A DNA stretch of 61,684 nucleotides from Octopus bimaculoides. Lineage: Eukaryota. Shown here one piece after another: positions 11,557 through 24,474 of this stretch (position 1 is its first letter; every line of letters starts with the position of its first letter). The position numbers and the translations under genes are program-made. The DNA lies in NCBI RefSeq assembly GCF_001194135.2, contig NC_069001.1, forward strand, positions 37,788,616-37,850,299, given 5' to 3'. Below the pieces are notes generated by a model, which saw nothing but the letters and a program-made list of their open reading frames with translations, had not been told where the DNA came from and did no database searches.

Positions 11557-11900
11557 ACGTGAAGTATATTTGCCACTTAAATGTGGCTAAACCCTAAGGG
11601 TGAATGTTACTGTTGCATTTAGCCCCAGGAGAACATCTCTTCCAGCTGGCTATTGACACACGTGTCCTGTCTATATTTGCAAAGGGAAGTCGTATGCTGA
11701 GGACGGGTAAATACCCAGAAACTCGAGTCCATACGTATCACAGATCAAGATAGGAAGGATGACTTCCCTTTGCAAATACAGACAGGGCACAGAAAGTGTG
11801 TCAATAGACAGCTGGAGGAGATGTTCTCCTGGGGCTAAAAGCAACAGTAACATTCACCCTTAGGGTTTAGCCACATTTAAGTGGCAAATATACTTCACGT
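11557..11900. mobile_element. Foldback/MITE-like element with ~135-bp inverted arms
   Basis: ACGTGAAGTATATTTGCCACTTAAATGTGGCTAAACCCTAAGGGTGAATG.. at 11557 is mirrored to ..CATTCACCCTTAGGGTTTAGCCACATTTAAGTGGCAAATATACTTCACGT at 11900; adjacent to (TA)n. Confidence 0.85.
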
Positions 11901-11946
11901 TCACGTGCAGTTACTGTTAATACCTCGTTCAGAGATTTAACATTGG

Positions 11947-11990
<44 letters not shown>

Positions 11991-13439
11991 GTGTGCAGGT
12001 ATGTGTATGTATGTATATGATCGACCTAAAATTGGAGATCATCTTAATTATCATGATTATTTTTACGTCAAATGGAAATAATTATAAGCACACCAATGCA
12101 AGGATGGTACTAATTATTTAAGCGGTGAAAAGAAATAATAGGTACCTTCCTCACGGTGCTCAGTGTTATTATTCCTAATAAAAACGCAAAACCTGAAATA
12201 TTAGGGAAGGTCATTATTGGATCATACCGACTCCAGCNNNNNNNNNNNNNNNNNNNNNNNNNNNNNNNNNNNNNNNNNNNNNNNNNNNNNNNNNNNNNNN
12301 NNNNNNNNNNNNNNNNNNNNNNNNNNNNNNNNNNNNNNNNNNNNNNNNNNNNNNNNNNNNNNNNNNNNNNNNNNNNNNNNNNNNNNNNNNNNNNNNNNNN
12401 NNNNNNNNNNNNNNNNNNNNNNNNNNNNNNNNNNNNNNNNNNNNNNNNNNNNNNNNNNNNNNNNNNNNNNNNNNNNNNNNNNNNNNNNNNNNNNNNNNNN
12501 NNNNNNNNNNNNNNNNNNNNNNNNNNNNNNNNNNNNNNNNNNNNNNNNNNNNNNNNNNNNNNNNNNNNNNNNNNNNNNNNNNNNNNNNNNNNNNNNNNNN
12601 NNNNNNNNNNNNNNNNNNNNNNNNNNNNNNNNNNNNNNNNNNNNNNNNNNNNNNNNNNNNNNNNNNNNNNNNNNNNNNNNNNNNNNNNNNNNNNNNNNNN
12701 NNNNNNNNNNNNNNNNNNNNNNNNNNNNNNNNNNNNNNNNNNNNNNNNNNNNNNNNNNNNNNNNNNNNNNNNNNNNNNNNNNNNNNNNNNNNNNNNNNNN
12801 NNNNNNNNNNNNNNNNNNGATGTTGATACTCAAAGATCGATGATAATTATCGATAGTCCAGCTGATAATTACAGCGAACAAAATTGATTCCCAATTAAAA
12901 AAAAAAAGCTATTAAAATTGCTAATAAAACTTTCCCCAAACTTCTGTTTGAAGTACTAAGCTGTTCCATTCCAATATATTTTAGTGTTTTATTCACAAAC
13001 AGCAAATCCTGTAATCTCTATGGGACAGTTGTAGATTCCTCGTGGATAAAGATACAATCTATTATGATATACGAGAAACAAGCAACAGAAATGTCATGTG
13101 AAACACTAACAAATTGACTAAACATCAACTTTTTACATTGATTCTTGTTTTTATTTGTGATTTCGTATTTGTTTTCTCAGACTTTGATATTATATTTACT
13201 TTGTGTTACGTTGATTTCCTTTTGAGGAAGTGAAGGATGTCTTCGCAACTTGGGTATTCAGTACGATTATCTACATTCTCCACTGGGCAAAGAAAAATCG
13301 GTGTTACTATAGTATGATATCCACCTTGCTTGTTGCACCTATCGTAAGGCACTCTACCAAACAACCCATTGACGGCCTTCAGCCCTTAATTCCAGCCCAT
13401 TTAGTTGTTCACACTAGCACCATGCTAGCCAGAGACTTT

Positions 13440-13760
13440 TACAAAATGATCTTAAGTGAAGATGAAGCAGTGTTCTTTTTGAGAGAGCACAATCTTTTTG
13501 ACCAGGTAGGAAATGTACCTCCTCGTCATAAATGCAGAACATGAATGCAAGATGGATAGAACGGGAGAATTCCGGCCAATATTGGGATGTCCGAAAAAAG
13601 GGTGCCAAGCATATTGATCAGTTCTGGAAGGAAGTTTTTCCACTAATCCGATTTAAATGAGAAGATTAATAGCAGATTAAGTGTGTGTGGAATTTTAGAA
13701 TATGTGTCATGCAGTTTGTAGCGTGATAATATCACACCAAACAAGGTGTCAAATGATTGG
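13440..13760 (+). mobile_element. Possible Merlin (IS1595/ISXO2-like) transposase N-terminal remnant in the ZNF-3 intron
   Basis: EAVFFLREHNLF..HKCRT and, in a shifted frame, CPKKGCQAY*SVLEGSF resemble the zinc-ribbon region also seen in the 40-kb Merlin copy. Confidence 0.4.
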
Positions 13761-14330
13761 CACACAGGAAAATTCTATACAGATTGACTAAGGTCGGTTT
13801 GCTGGTCGTCGTAAATATAACCATGGTTGATTGTTGACTGGTGATCAACCTCCGAACTCAGAGGGTTTTGTGCAGAACTTATAAATAAAATGTCCATTGT
13901 TGAATGTCTTCACTTTAAATATCCTTGATATTTTATATTTTGTTCTCTTTTCTTTCAGAATATCAAATGACATTGGTATAAAAGAATATTATTTGCCTGA
14001 GATCCATCAATATTTATCATCTTTTAGAGACAAAAAGACGTCATACACAACAGATATAAACCTTCATCATCTAAATCAATGGTAGAATTACTGTGAAATA
14101 TTGGCTTTGAACAGAAATTTTATACAAAATGCTCTCCAATTCACAGACTGGAATTTGTATTATAATAATTTGATATTGAAATTAAAGCTGATTTACAAAG
14201 GATTTTGCAGCATCTTCAAATATTGACAAAAATCACAGTTGATAGAAATATAGCCAAAGAAATAGGAATAAAATATATAAATAAAGGGAAGAAGAACTTT
14301 TATATTTATTGTGGTAAGAGAGAAACAAGA

Positions 14331-15431
14331 ATGGAAGACGAATTGTGTGAGAAAAAGATTAAATGTGAAGCAGAGTCTGAAATTATTGATTTCCCTGAGG
14401 ATATACAGGAAGAGAAAGGAAAGACATTCTATCAGTGTGATATCTGTCAGAAGTCATTCTCTCAAAAGTGTAACTTAACTACTCACAAACGCATTCATAC
14501 AGGAGAGAAACCATATCAATGTGATATCTGTAGTAAATCATTTTCTCTAAAGCATCACCTAATTACACACAAACTTTTTCATACGGGAGAGAAACCATTT
14601 CACTGTGAAATCTGTGGTAAATCATTCTCTCAGAAAGGTAACCTAGCTAGACATACACGCTTTCACACAGGAGAGAAACCATATCAGTGTGATGTCTGTG
14701 GTAAATCATTCTCTCTAAATAATCTCTTAGCTACACACAAGCAAATTCACACTGGAGAAAAACCATTTCACTGTGTTATTTGTGGTAAGTCATTTTCTCA
14801 AAGTGGTAACTTAACTACCCACATACGTACTCATACCGGAGAAAAGCCATATCACTGTGAAATTTGTGGTGAATCATTTTCTCAAAATGGCAACTTAATT
14901 ACTCACAAACACATTCATACAAGAGATAAAATCTATAATTGTGATATTTGTGGTAAACTATTTTCTGGACATGGTGAGTTAATGGAGCACAAGCATATTC
15001 ATAGAGGAGAGAAACCATTTCATTGTGATATCTGTGGTAAATCATTCTCTCTGAAGCATCACTTAGCTGCACACAACGTCTATCATACAGGAAAGAAGCC
15101 ATATCATTGTGATATCTGTGATAAATCATTCTCTCAAAAAGGTTACCTCACTAGACACAGACGCTTTCACACAGGACAGAGACCATTTCACTGTGATGTC
15201 TGTGGTAAGTCCTTCTCTGCAAATCATCACTTAAGTACACACAAACAAATTCACACAGGAGAAAAACCTTATCTGTGTGAAATCTGTGGTAAATCATTTC
15301 CTCAAAATGTTAACTTAACAATTCACATACGCACACATACGGGAAAGAAGCCATATCACTGTGATATCTGTGGTAAATCATTTGCTCAGCAAGGCAACTT
15401 GATTACTCACAAACAATCACACAAGAGATAA
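14331..15431 (+). CDS. C2H2 zinc-finger protein ZNF-3 (12 fingers, ends at a frameshift)
   Basis: ATG at 14331, 12 fingers, acceptor AG at 13957-13958. Confidence 0.92.
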   Translation: MEDELCEKKIKCEAESEIIDFPEDIQEEKGKTFYQCDICQKSFSQKCNLTTHKRIHTGEKPYQCDICSKSFSLKHHLITHKLFHTGEKPFHCEICGKSFSQKGNLARHTRFHTGEKPYQCDVCGKSFSLNNLLATHKQIHTGEKPFHCVICGKSFSQSGNLTTHIRTHTGEKPYHCEICGESFSQNGNLITHKHIHTRDKIYNCDICGKLFSGHGELMEHKHIHRGEKPFHCDICGKSFSLKHHLAAHNVYHTGKKPYHCDICDKSFSQKGYLTRHRRFHTGQRPFHCDVCGKSFSANHHLSTHKQIHTGEKPYLCEICGKSFPQNVNLTIHIRTHTGKKPYHCDICGKSFAQQGNLITHKQSHKR

Positions 15432-15765
15432 ACCACATCACTGTGTCTGGTAAATCATTCTCTCAGCCATGAAAGTCTCTTAACTAGTCACAAATGCATT
15501 CATAATGGATGCAAGCTAAATCTGTGTGATACCTGTGGAAAATTCTTTTCTCAAAACAGTCACTCAACTGTCATAAACATGTTCATACAGGAGTAAGTTA
15601 ACTGAACACAAACTCTTTCATCATCATTGTTCCATGCTGGCATAGGTTGGACAGTTTGATAGGAACTCGTAAATCAGAGGACCGCATGAAGTTTATGTAG
15701 GCACAAAAGTCTTCATACAGGAGCAAAACGATATTACTGCAATATCTGTGGTGAAGCGTTGTCAT
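15432..15765 (+). pseudogene. Degenerate finger remnants 3' of the ZNF-3 stop
   Basis: Out-of-frame tgtgatacctgtggaaaattc..catacaggag and tactgcaatatctgtggtg motifs, interrupted by a short repeat at about 15620-15690. Confidence 0.75.
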
Positions 15766-16019
15766 TATATTATCCTTTACCTACATACAAACTCAATTGT
15801 GGGGCCCAGGATCTTGAGATCTGACCTTGTTATTCTTTGTAAATATTCTTAATTACCTGAAATTGAAATAAATGTGGTTTTGCTCTTAAATTATTCTCCT
15901 GTTATTCTAAATGTACAACATTTAACCAAAACTTGTCCTGACACAACCAAGGGTTCAACGAATTTACATCCTCAACTACAAAATCTACTGCAAGGCTGTG
16001 TACACTAAGATACTGTACT

Positions 16020-16455
16020 AGAATGGATGGTCAAAAGAAGAACCCAGTCAGGGGTGCTGTAACTGGTAACTATCATCTGACTGCTTGCTTATCGATGATG
16101 CGGGTGCTTGTAACTGGGATAACAGGAAAGAAATTGTATGACCATATTGAAAGAAATGAACTGCTAGATGAACAGAAAGGCTGCAGGAAGGGATCACGAG
16201 AAACAAAGGATTTGTTACTAATAGAAAAGACAATTTTGAGGAACTGTTGGAGAAGTTTGACAAGCTTATCAATGGCTTGAATTGACTACAAGAAGATATA
16301 TGATATGGTTCCTCACTCATGGATTCTAAAATGCCTAGAGATGGCTTGGGCAGCTAAAAATATGTTCTTCATATTCAAAAACAGTATGAGGAACTGGAAG
16401 ATAGTTTTGAGAGCAGGTGGGAGGAAAGTTGGACAAGTTGACATCAAGAGGGGAT
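16020..16455 (+). mobile_element. Dong/R4 (HERO-like) non-LTR reverse transcriptase fragment
   Basis: NYHLTACL..LYDHIERNELLDEQKGCRKGSRETKDLLLIEK..SMA*IDYKKIYDMVPHSWILKCLE..VDIKRG matches the RT of R4/Dong-type LINEs. Confidence 0.8.
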
Positions 16456-16600
16456 TATTTACATTTGACGGATATTTGTCCTCATCTTGTTTGTTGTTAA
16501 CACAATGTTTCGGCTGATATACCCTCCAGCCTTCATCAAGTGTCTTGGGGAAATTTCAAACCTGGGTTCTCATTCCTAAGGTATATTTCAATATTATTAT
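16456..16600 (-). mobile_element. Penelope-like terminal-repeat fragment with a degenerate hammerhead motif
   Basis: Reverse strand reads GACAC-TTGATGA-A-GGCTG-loop-CAGCC-GAAAC-ATT-GTGTT. A second copy lies at about 46730-46880 (+). Confidence 0.55.
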
Positions 16601-17550
16601 TATTATTCCCCCTTTGGGAGTTCTATTTATTTATTTATCTATTTATTTGTTATATCTTTCTCTGTTTTCTTCCTCTGTTTAGACGAACGTTTCTACCTTT
16701 TCGGACAAAACCTTTTGTAACCTTCGTCCTTACATGTTTTTAATTGATATTAGCCCTTGTGGCCAATAAAACGAATTAATTATTATTATTATTATTCAGG
16801 TCACTGCTTGGAATCGAACTCGGAATCTAGGGGTTAGTAGCCCGTGCTCTTTTCCTTTTCCTGTGTAGGAACAGTAGCGGTGGTGAGGGCGAGGAAGTTT
16901 TCGTTGAACTGGCTGTTCAACCTCCCGCTCTCACTCGCCATTTTTCTTTATCTCGAAAAATTTTCGAATACAATGTGAATTTAGCCCCCAAAAGGATGGG
17001 TTTTCCAACAAAAATTAACTCCCAAGGAGGGCAGTTTCCTTAGAAACTGAATTTAATAACAAAAACGGGAGTTCAACAAATTTTTTACGACAAAACGGCT
17101 AACACGAATTACTCACGGAGCTAAAAGAAAAAAAAAGGTCTCAACACGTCGACAATAATAATAATAATAATAATTTATTCTCTTATTTGCCGCAAATGCT
17201 TAGGTAAAACCAACATAGAGGGACGAAAAATATCAGTTATTTACTTCCTTATAACAGGTTGCAGTAATCCGAGACTGTGGCTAATTTTCAGTCGATCAAT
17301 TTCATTACTTCAGCAAAAATAAAAATCAATATATACTCCCCGTACATCGGCGAGTTTTCCATTTTACGCAAAAAACGAATTATTTTTGTGTTGTTTGTTG
17401 ACGAATATTTGTGTCTGTAATTCTTCATTGAAATATCCAAAATCCTCGATTGTTTAACGATTGCAGATATATTGGGAGACGTGAACGAAATTGTATGAAA
17501 TAAGGATTCATTAACTGAAGAAGACTTTACAGAGAAATATTCTTCACAAG

Positions 17551-17695
17551 GCCCGAAATTTGTGGGGTGGGGGAGTGGAGCCAGTCGATTAGGTCGACCG
17601 CAGTACGCGACTGGTACTTAATTTATCGATCCCGAAAGGATGAAAGGCAAAGTCAACCTCGGCGGAATTTGAACTCAGAACGTGAAATATTTCTA
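17551..17695. mobile_element. SINE fragment
   Basis: cagtacgcgactggtacttaatttatcga(t/c)cccgaaaggatgaaaggcaaagt..gaactc, repeated at 21190-21310 with further degenerate copies at 20810-21150. Confidence 0.7.
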
Positions 17696-18172
17696 CCCGA
17701 CGGATAACATTAGAATTTCTAGCAGTCATTTAATATTTATGTTAAAGGTTGATTTATTTTTAGTTTCATAATTGAAACTGAATTCGAAATTAAAAACGGA
17801 CGGAAATAATTCTAGAAATATAAACACCAGCTAAATACATTTTTTTTTTTAGGCTGCTGAAATCGAAAAATATGGTATTTGGTGAAGGACGAACAGAGGG
17901 AGGATTAAGAATTAATCAAATCCACATCTTTTAGAAGATAAAATCTATTTGAAGGAAACGTGGATGTATTTAAAGACTTAACACTTCCAAAATAATTTAT
18001 TGCTAATTAACTGCGGAAAGAAATCGCTACAACATTCTTTACGACGATATGAAAATCTAAATGAAGATTTGTTATAAAATATAGAAGTTGTGTTGAAGCT
18101 GTCATTGTCCATTCTGAGTTGTGACTACTTGAATCTATCGTGACATCTTCGGCATTGGCTCTGTATTAATAT

Positions 18173-18178
18173 GTAAGT
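18173..18178 (+). promoter_or_regulatory. Conserved splice donor ending the non-coding first exon (ZNF-4)
   Basis: aatat|GTAAGTattattaa context. Paralogous donors at 23924 (+), 25739 (-), 29708 (+), 39500 (+), 51304 (-), 53562 (+) and 58538 (+). Confidence 0.65.
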
Positions 18179-19398
18179 ATTATTAACAGATACAACAACA
18201 TCTACATTGTATAAGTTGTGTCCTCTTTCTACTACATCTGTTTGTTTGGATAAAAACGTGAAGTAAAGGAGAACTTTTCCTAAAGCAACGATGTTGTCTT
18301 CATCCTCATCCGGTAGGTTGTCACATATGTAATCGGAGTTGAAAAACTTGCTTTACCTGACATGAACTATTGTTGTCTTAATACTTCCACTATTTTCCTT
18401 TCCACACTCCGTTTCAATGATCGTTACCCCCCCCCCCATATCTTATCAACGCAAAGTGCTTTATGTATTTTGTCCATTCCGGTTTTCAGTAATGCTGACA
18501 ATTTTGAAGGTGTAAAAGAAAAAAAAAACAGGTTATAATTTATGTCCCCTAATTCCTTGGATTCTTTTTTTTTTTTAATTATTTGGAATTCCCTTTTTAA
18601 AAAGCAAAGATTATGAGTACCGTAACTACAGATTTCGGTTAATATCTAGATGTGGATCTAGATAATAACCCAGATTTCTACCCCCCCCCCCCCNNNNNNN
18701 NNNNNNNNNNNNNNNNNNNNNNNNNNNNNNNNNNNNNNNNNNNNNNNNNNNNNCATCTACTTTGGATGATCATAACTTTCAGAAAAATGGATATTTTTTA
18801 ACGAAATGTTTCTCCGAATATGTGTTATATCATGTAGATTCCGAATATACAAAAATTTTTTGGGAAAGGGTTTTAGGACGGGGTGGGGTTAGGAATTTCG
18901 GAAAATTCAGCGGCGTCCACTTCAATTCATCTTAACTTTCAAGAAAGTGGATATTTTTTTTTATGAAATTCTCTACAAATATACTTCGAACTATGTAGAT
19001 TCTGAGGACATAGGAAATTTTTTTGGTAAACAATTGGGGTTTATTTTTGCGAACCGTTCCCCACTCGGGGTTGTCCAATATCGAATGTCTGCTTCTTAAG
19101 ATTCCTCTATATTTTCTATTTTGTTCTCTTTTCTTTCAGAATATCAGATGACATAGGCCCAAGAGAGATTGTTTCACGTCGGACCCATCAATATTTATCA
19201 TTTTTAAGACTCAAGAACTGCCATACACAACAACAATAAATCTTCAGCTGAATTACTGTGAAATATTTGCACTGAGATTATTGGTAAAATTTCCCCACTT
19301 AACTATATATAATAGGATGATTGTGGATTCTAAATAATTAAAAAAGAGTTTGCAGCCTCTACAAATATTGACAGAGAACAATGTTTATGGAAGCATAG

Positions 19399-20469
<1,071 letters not shown>

Positions 20470-20809
20470 TTCTATCAATATCAAAATTCATGTCGAAGTA
20501 AATATAGTGCAGCCTACATACTACTGAATTTTGGTTGATATATATATACATACTACTAAATTTTCTTTGTTGATATAACTAGTGGTTATAAAGGCAATTA
20601 GCTGGCAGAATCATAACTGGACCAAAAATGCTTGGCAGAGTTTCTTCCAGTTCTATGTTCTGATGCCAATATAAGATAACTTTTCTGTTTGGTAATTTAG
20701 TAATCTTCTCAATGGGCCGTAAATATGCCCCACAGGAAATTCTAAACTGTCATAAACATCGATACTTAGCATTGCTTGACTTGGTGATATTTTATTCATA
20801 GATATTGAT

Positions 20810-21380
20810 TTCAAATATTGGCACAAGGCCAGAAAGTTTGGGGGAGGGGTAAGTGGATTACATTTCAATTGGTAACTAGTTTGACCCCCCCACCTCCCAA
20901 ACAGGATAAAAGACACAGTTGACCTCGATGATATTTGAACTCGGAATGTAAAGATGGCCAAAATGACACTAAACATTTTGCCAGCTCACCCTTGTAATTT
21001 TTATTCATAAATATTGGTTTCAAATTTTGACACAAGGCCAGCAAGTTCAGGGGAGGGGTAAGTTCATTGCATTCACCCAGTACATGACTGGTACTTACTA
21101 TATTGACCCTGAAAGGACGAAATGTAAGGTCGATGTTAGTGGAATTTGAACTGAGAACAATTTTTATTCATAACTATTCTTTTCTATTCTTGGCACAAGG
21201 CCTGAAATTTTGGGGGAGGGGGCCCAGGCGATTAGAACGACCCAGTATGCGACTGGTACTTAATTTATCGACCCCGAAAGGATGAAAGGCAAAGTTGAAC
21301 TCCGAATGTAAAGACGGATGAAATGCCACTAAACATTTGGCCCAGCGTGCCAACAGCTCTGCCAGCTCACTGCCTTTTAT
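20810..21380. mobile_element. Cluster of about three SINE fragments
   Basis: Repeated ggcacaaggcc..gggg(a/g)ggg..ccagta..actggtact..gaaagga..gaact blocks of the same family as 17551-17695. Confidence 0.65.
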
Positions 21381-22079
21381 TCATAAATATTGCTAAATAA
21401 TTTTTTTGTTCTTTTTCTCTTTAACAATCTTGTAATTGTGTGAATAAACCTACTTTGCAATATTCTTAAAATTTGTAAAAATAACTGAGAAAATAGTTAA
21501 ACATTGATTTTGTGTTACATGTTCCATCAAATGTTTATTGTGTGTGTATTGCATCCATTCGTGACTTGGTTATACATTGCTTTGTGCATTTTACATATAT
21601 TCTGGTTTAAATGTTAAGTCTTGATTGGATTCATACATTTAGACATAAACTTTTATATGAAATGGACAAGTTGGCTTAAGCAGAAGGTCAAAAATATATT
21701 CTTCCTTGACCATTAAGAAATTAGTATCAAAATTGTTCAGAAAAATGAAAATTCAACTACATACATGAATAAATATTATTACAATCATGGAAATAAACTT
21801 GTCGATTTGTCATGTTGTAATTGTTTCAATTAGATCATTTGCTAATTTCAAACTTTGTTGTTTATTATAGTTACCAGGTTTTATGCGTTTTCATTATTTA
21901 AACATGAGTTTAAGCCGTGTATACAGGGCTTAAGTGTATTACAACTTGTTGGAAAAGGGTAGAAAAAGGGTCCAGAGAATAGCAACAGTCGGGTAAAGAC
22001 AGACAGCAATGACAATCGAAGCCCAAAGAGACAAAAATGAACAGTAAGAGTGGTAAGGAGGAAAGAGTGCTTGGACATG

Positions 22080-22330
22080 TGAAGAGTAGTGATGACAAAT
22101 TTCAGGAATTTTCGAAGGATACGCTGTCCTGATAGCTAACAACCTACACGGGTAGTTTATTCATGGCTTTGACATTTCTGTAGGTGATCCCTATTTAAAG
22201 TTGATAAAGCAGTGTTGTCTACATTTTTACGATTGTGTCTTTGATGGACTGTGTCTGTATACCTAACAGATATTTGTTTTATGTTGCTGTAACCTGTCCA
22301 TCTACCAGGTAAAATGTGACTCTCGTCTAA
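22080..22330 (-). mobile_element. Possible Penelope-like GIY-YIG endonuclease remnant
   Basis: VHQRHNRKNVDNTALSTLNRDH loosely resembles the EH..R..N.TALS.H..DH segment of Penelope-like endonucleases. Weak match. Confidence 0.3.
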
Positions 22331-22342
22331 AATTAATGGACA

Positions 22343-22670
22343 GGTATGGCTGTGTGGTAAGAAGCTTGCTTCCCAACCACATGGTTCTTTGTTCAGTCCT
22401 ATTGCAGGCCACCTTGGGCAAGTATCTTCTTCTATAGCCTCAGACTGACCAAGAACCTTGTGAGTGGATTTGGTAGATGGAAACTGAAAGAAGCCCATGT
22501 ATATATCTATATGCTTGTGTTTGTCCCCCGCCCATCTATGTCCCAGTAACTTAGCGGTTCAGCACAAGGAACCGGTACAATAAGTACTAGGCTTAAAAAA
22601 TAAGTCCTGGGTTTGATTTGTTTGACTAAAATCCTTCAAGGCAGTGCTCCAGCATGGCCACAATAAAAGA
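22343..22670 (+). mobile_element. tRNA-derived SINE
   Basis: A-box-like TGGCTGTGTGGTAAG and B-box-like GTTCAGTCC followed by a non-tRNA body; no cloverleaf 3' half. Confidence 0.7.
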
Positions 22671-23586
22671 ATAAACTCATTGCTGTAGCAACAGCAATAG
22701 TGGTCGTAATTTAGTCACCATATCAGTCCTGATCAAGCAGGTCTGTGGTCAAAGTGTTCCAGGCTTGACCATCATCGACATTGTCGTTGTTTAACATCTG
22801 CTTTCCTCGCTGATGTGGGTAGGACGGTATCACTGAGGGCTGCACCAGGTTCCAATCTGATCTGGCAAAATTTCTACAGCTGGATGCCCTTCCAACCACA
22901 CCACCAACTGTGCCACCCATGAGTGACCCACCTACTTCACTACTGTAAAGGATGAAATCTACAAAATGACACTCACTTGCTCTACATGCAACAAACTCGA
23001 GTGGAAACCTATCCATCACTTTCGGACAGGACAAAAAAATGTCCTTGGTGCCTGTTCGGCCAGTGGTAGATCGTGCGACCGAGAATTAGATTCGGTTTCG
23101 AATCTCAGCCCGCAAAATAACAGGTAGTTTCCACAATTGTATCAACAAAGAAACGAAGCTCACAGTCCGACACCTGAAATCACAGACAGATTAACAACTG
23201 GCAAAGAGTATCTGAACGGAATAATACAGGTAAGAAAACTTGCGAAAAATACCTGATCGAGAATAATACGCATGAGAAAACATCTATTATTCAAGGACGA
23301 AAAGAGACGAGAACACTAAGATCAGGATGAATAATTAAGACACCTTTTTTATCTAAAGGTCTATAGGTTTTGAATGCACCGTGTTAACTTTGCATTCAGC
23401 AGATATGACTGTTATGAATTATAATATCCTCAGATTAATTCCTTTCTACAATAGTAAATAATAAATATCTTCTTTTGTATTGAGTACGAAAATGCGGCTT
23501 AGAGTCGAATGACGTTCATAGATGGATGCTGTCTTTACTTAATATAAAAAGACGCGTTTTAATCTTTGGTCGTCAATGATGAACGG

Positions 23587-24374
23587 ATTCGATGGCGAGC
23601 AGAAAGAAAGTCTGAATAAAAGCCTTCTTTGAACTGGTTTATGACACACGGCTACTTTATTTTATCGATTTCAGAGCGTGAGAAGCCGGAAGTAATATTG
23701 CAGAGGATTTTTCGCTTCTGCCAACTGACCAAATTAATTAATTAAACACGTTAATTCATACGTGATTGTTAATTAGCCATCGACATCCTTTATTATGTCG
23801 ATGTGAAAATCTAAATGAAGGTTTGTTGTAAAATATAAAAGTTATGTCGAAGCTGAAATTGTCCTGTCTGAGTTGTGATTACTCGAATCTATTGTGACAT
23901 CTTCGTCATTGGATCTATATTATGTAAGTAGCATTAATAGAAACAACATTTACATTGTATAGATCGTGTCATGTTCTGTTTGTTTTGATGTGTTCAAAGA
24001 TAAAGGAAAGACTGAGGAAGAGAAGTAATTTTCCTAAAGTAACGATCTTTTAACTCCCATACGAGTCGGCTGTGACTTATATAAGTGAGTTGATTGCCTA
24101 TCGTTGTCTTAATACTTTCACTGTTTTCCTTTGCATACTTCAGTTCAGTTATCGTTATCTCCCCGTATCTTAATAAATTTGTATTTTTTAAGGTCACTTC
24201 AATTAATTGTATAGTTACAATTTGCGTTTCTTTTTATAATATAACCTTGACCACTTTTGTCGAACATCGCAAATATAAACTGATTTTAATGTTGTCAGTC
24301 AGAAATCGACTTTGATTTTCCATTCCACCAACGTCTGATACATCATCAGTACTTGTGCATGTGAACTTAAACGT
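23587..24374 (+). other. 5' part (promoter, exon 1, donor) of a ZNF unit whose coding exon is not assembled
   Basis: CCGGAAGT at 23686-23693, exon-1 sequence homologous to 18040-18180, GTAAGT at 23924, then intron sequence running into the 100-N gap. Confidence 0.6.
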
Positions 24375-24474
24375 NNNNNNNNNNNNNNNNNNNNNNNNNN
24401 NNNNNNNNNNNNNNNNNNNNNNNNNNNNNNNNNNNNNNNNNNNNNNNNNNNNNNNNNNNNNNNNNNNNNNNNNN

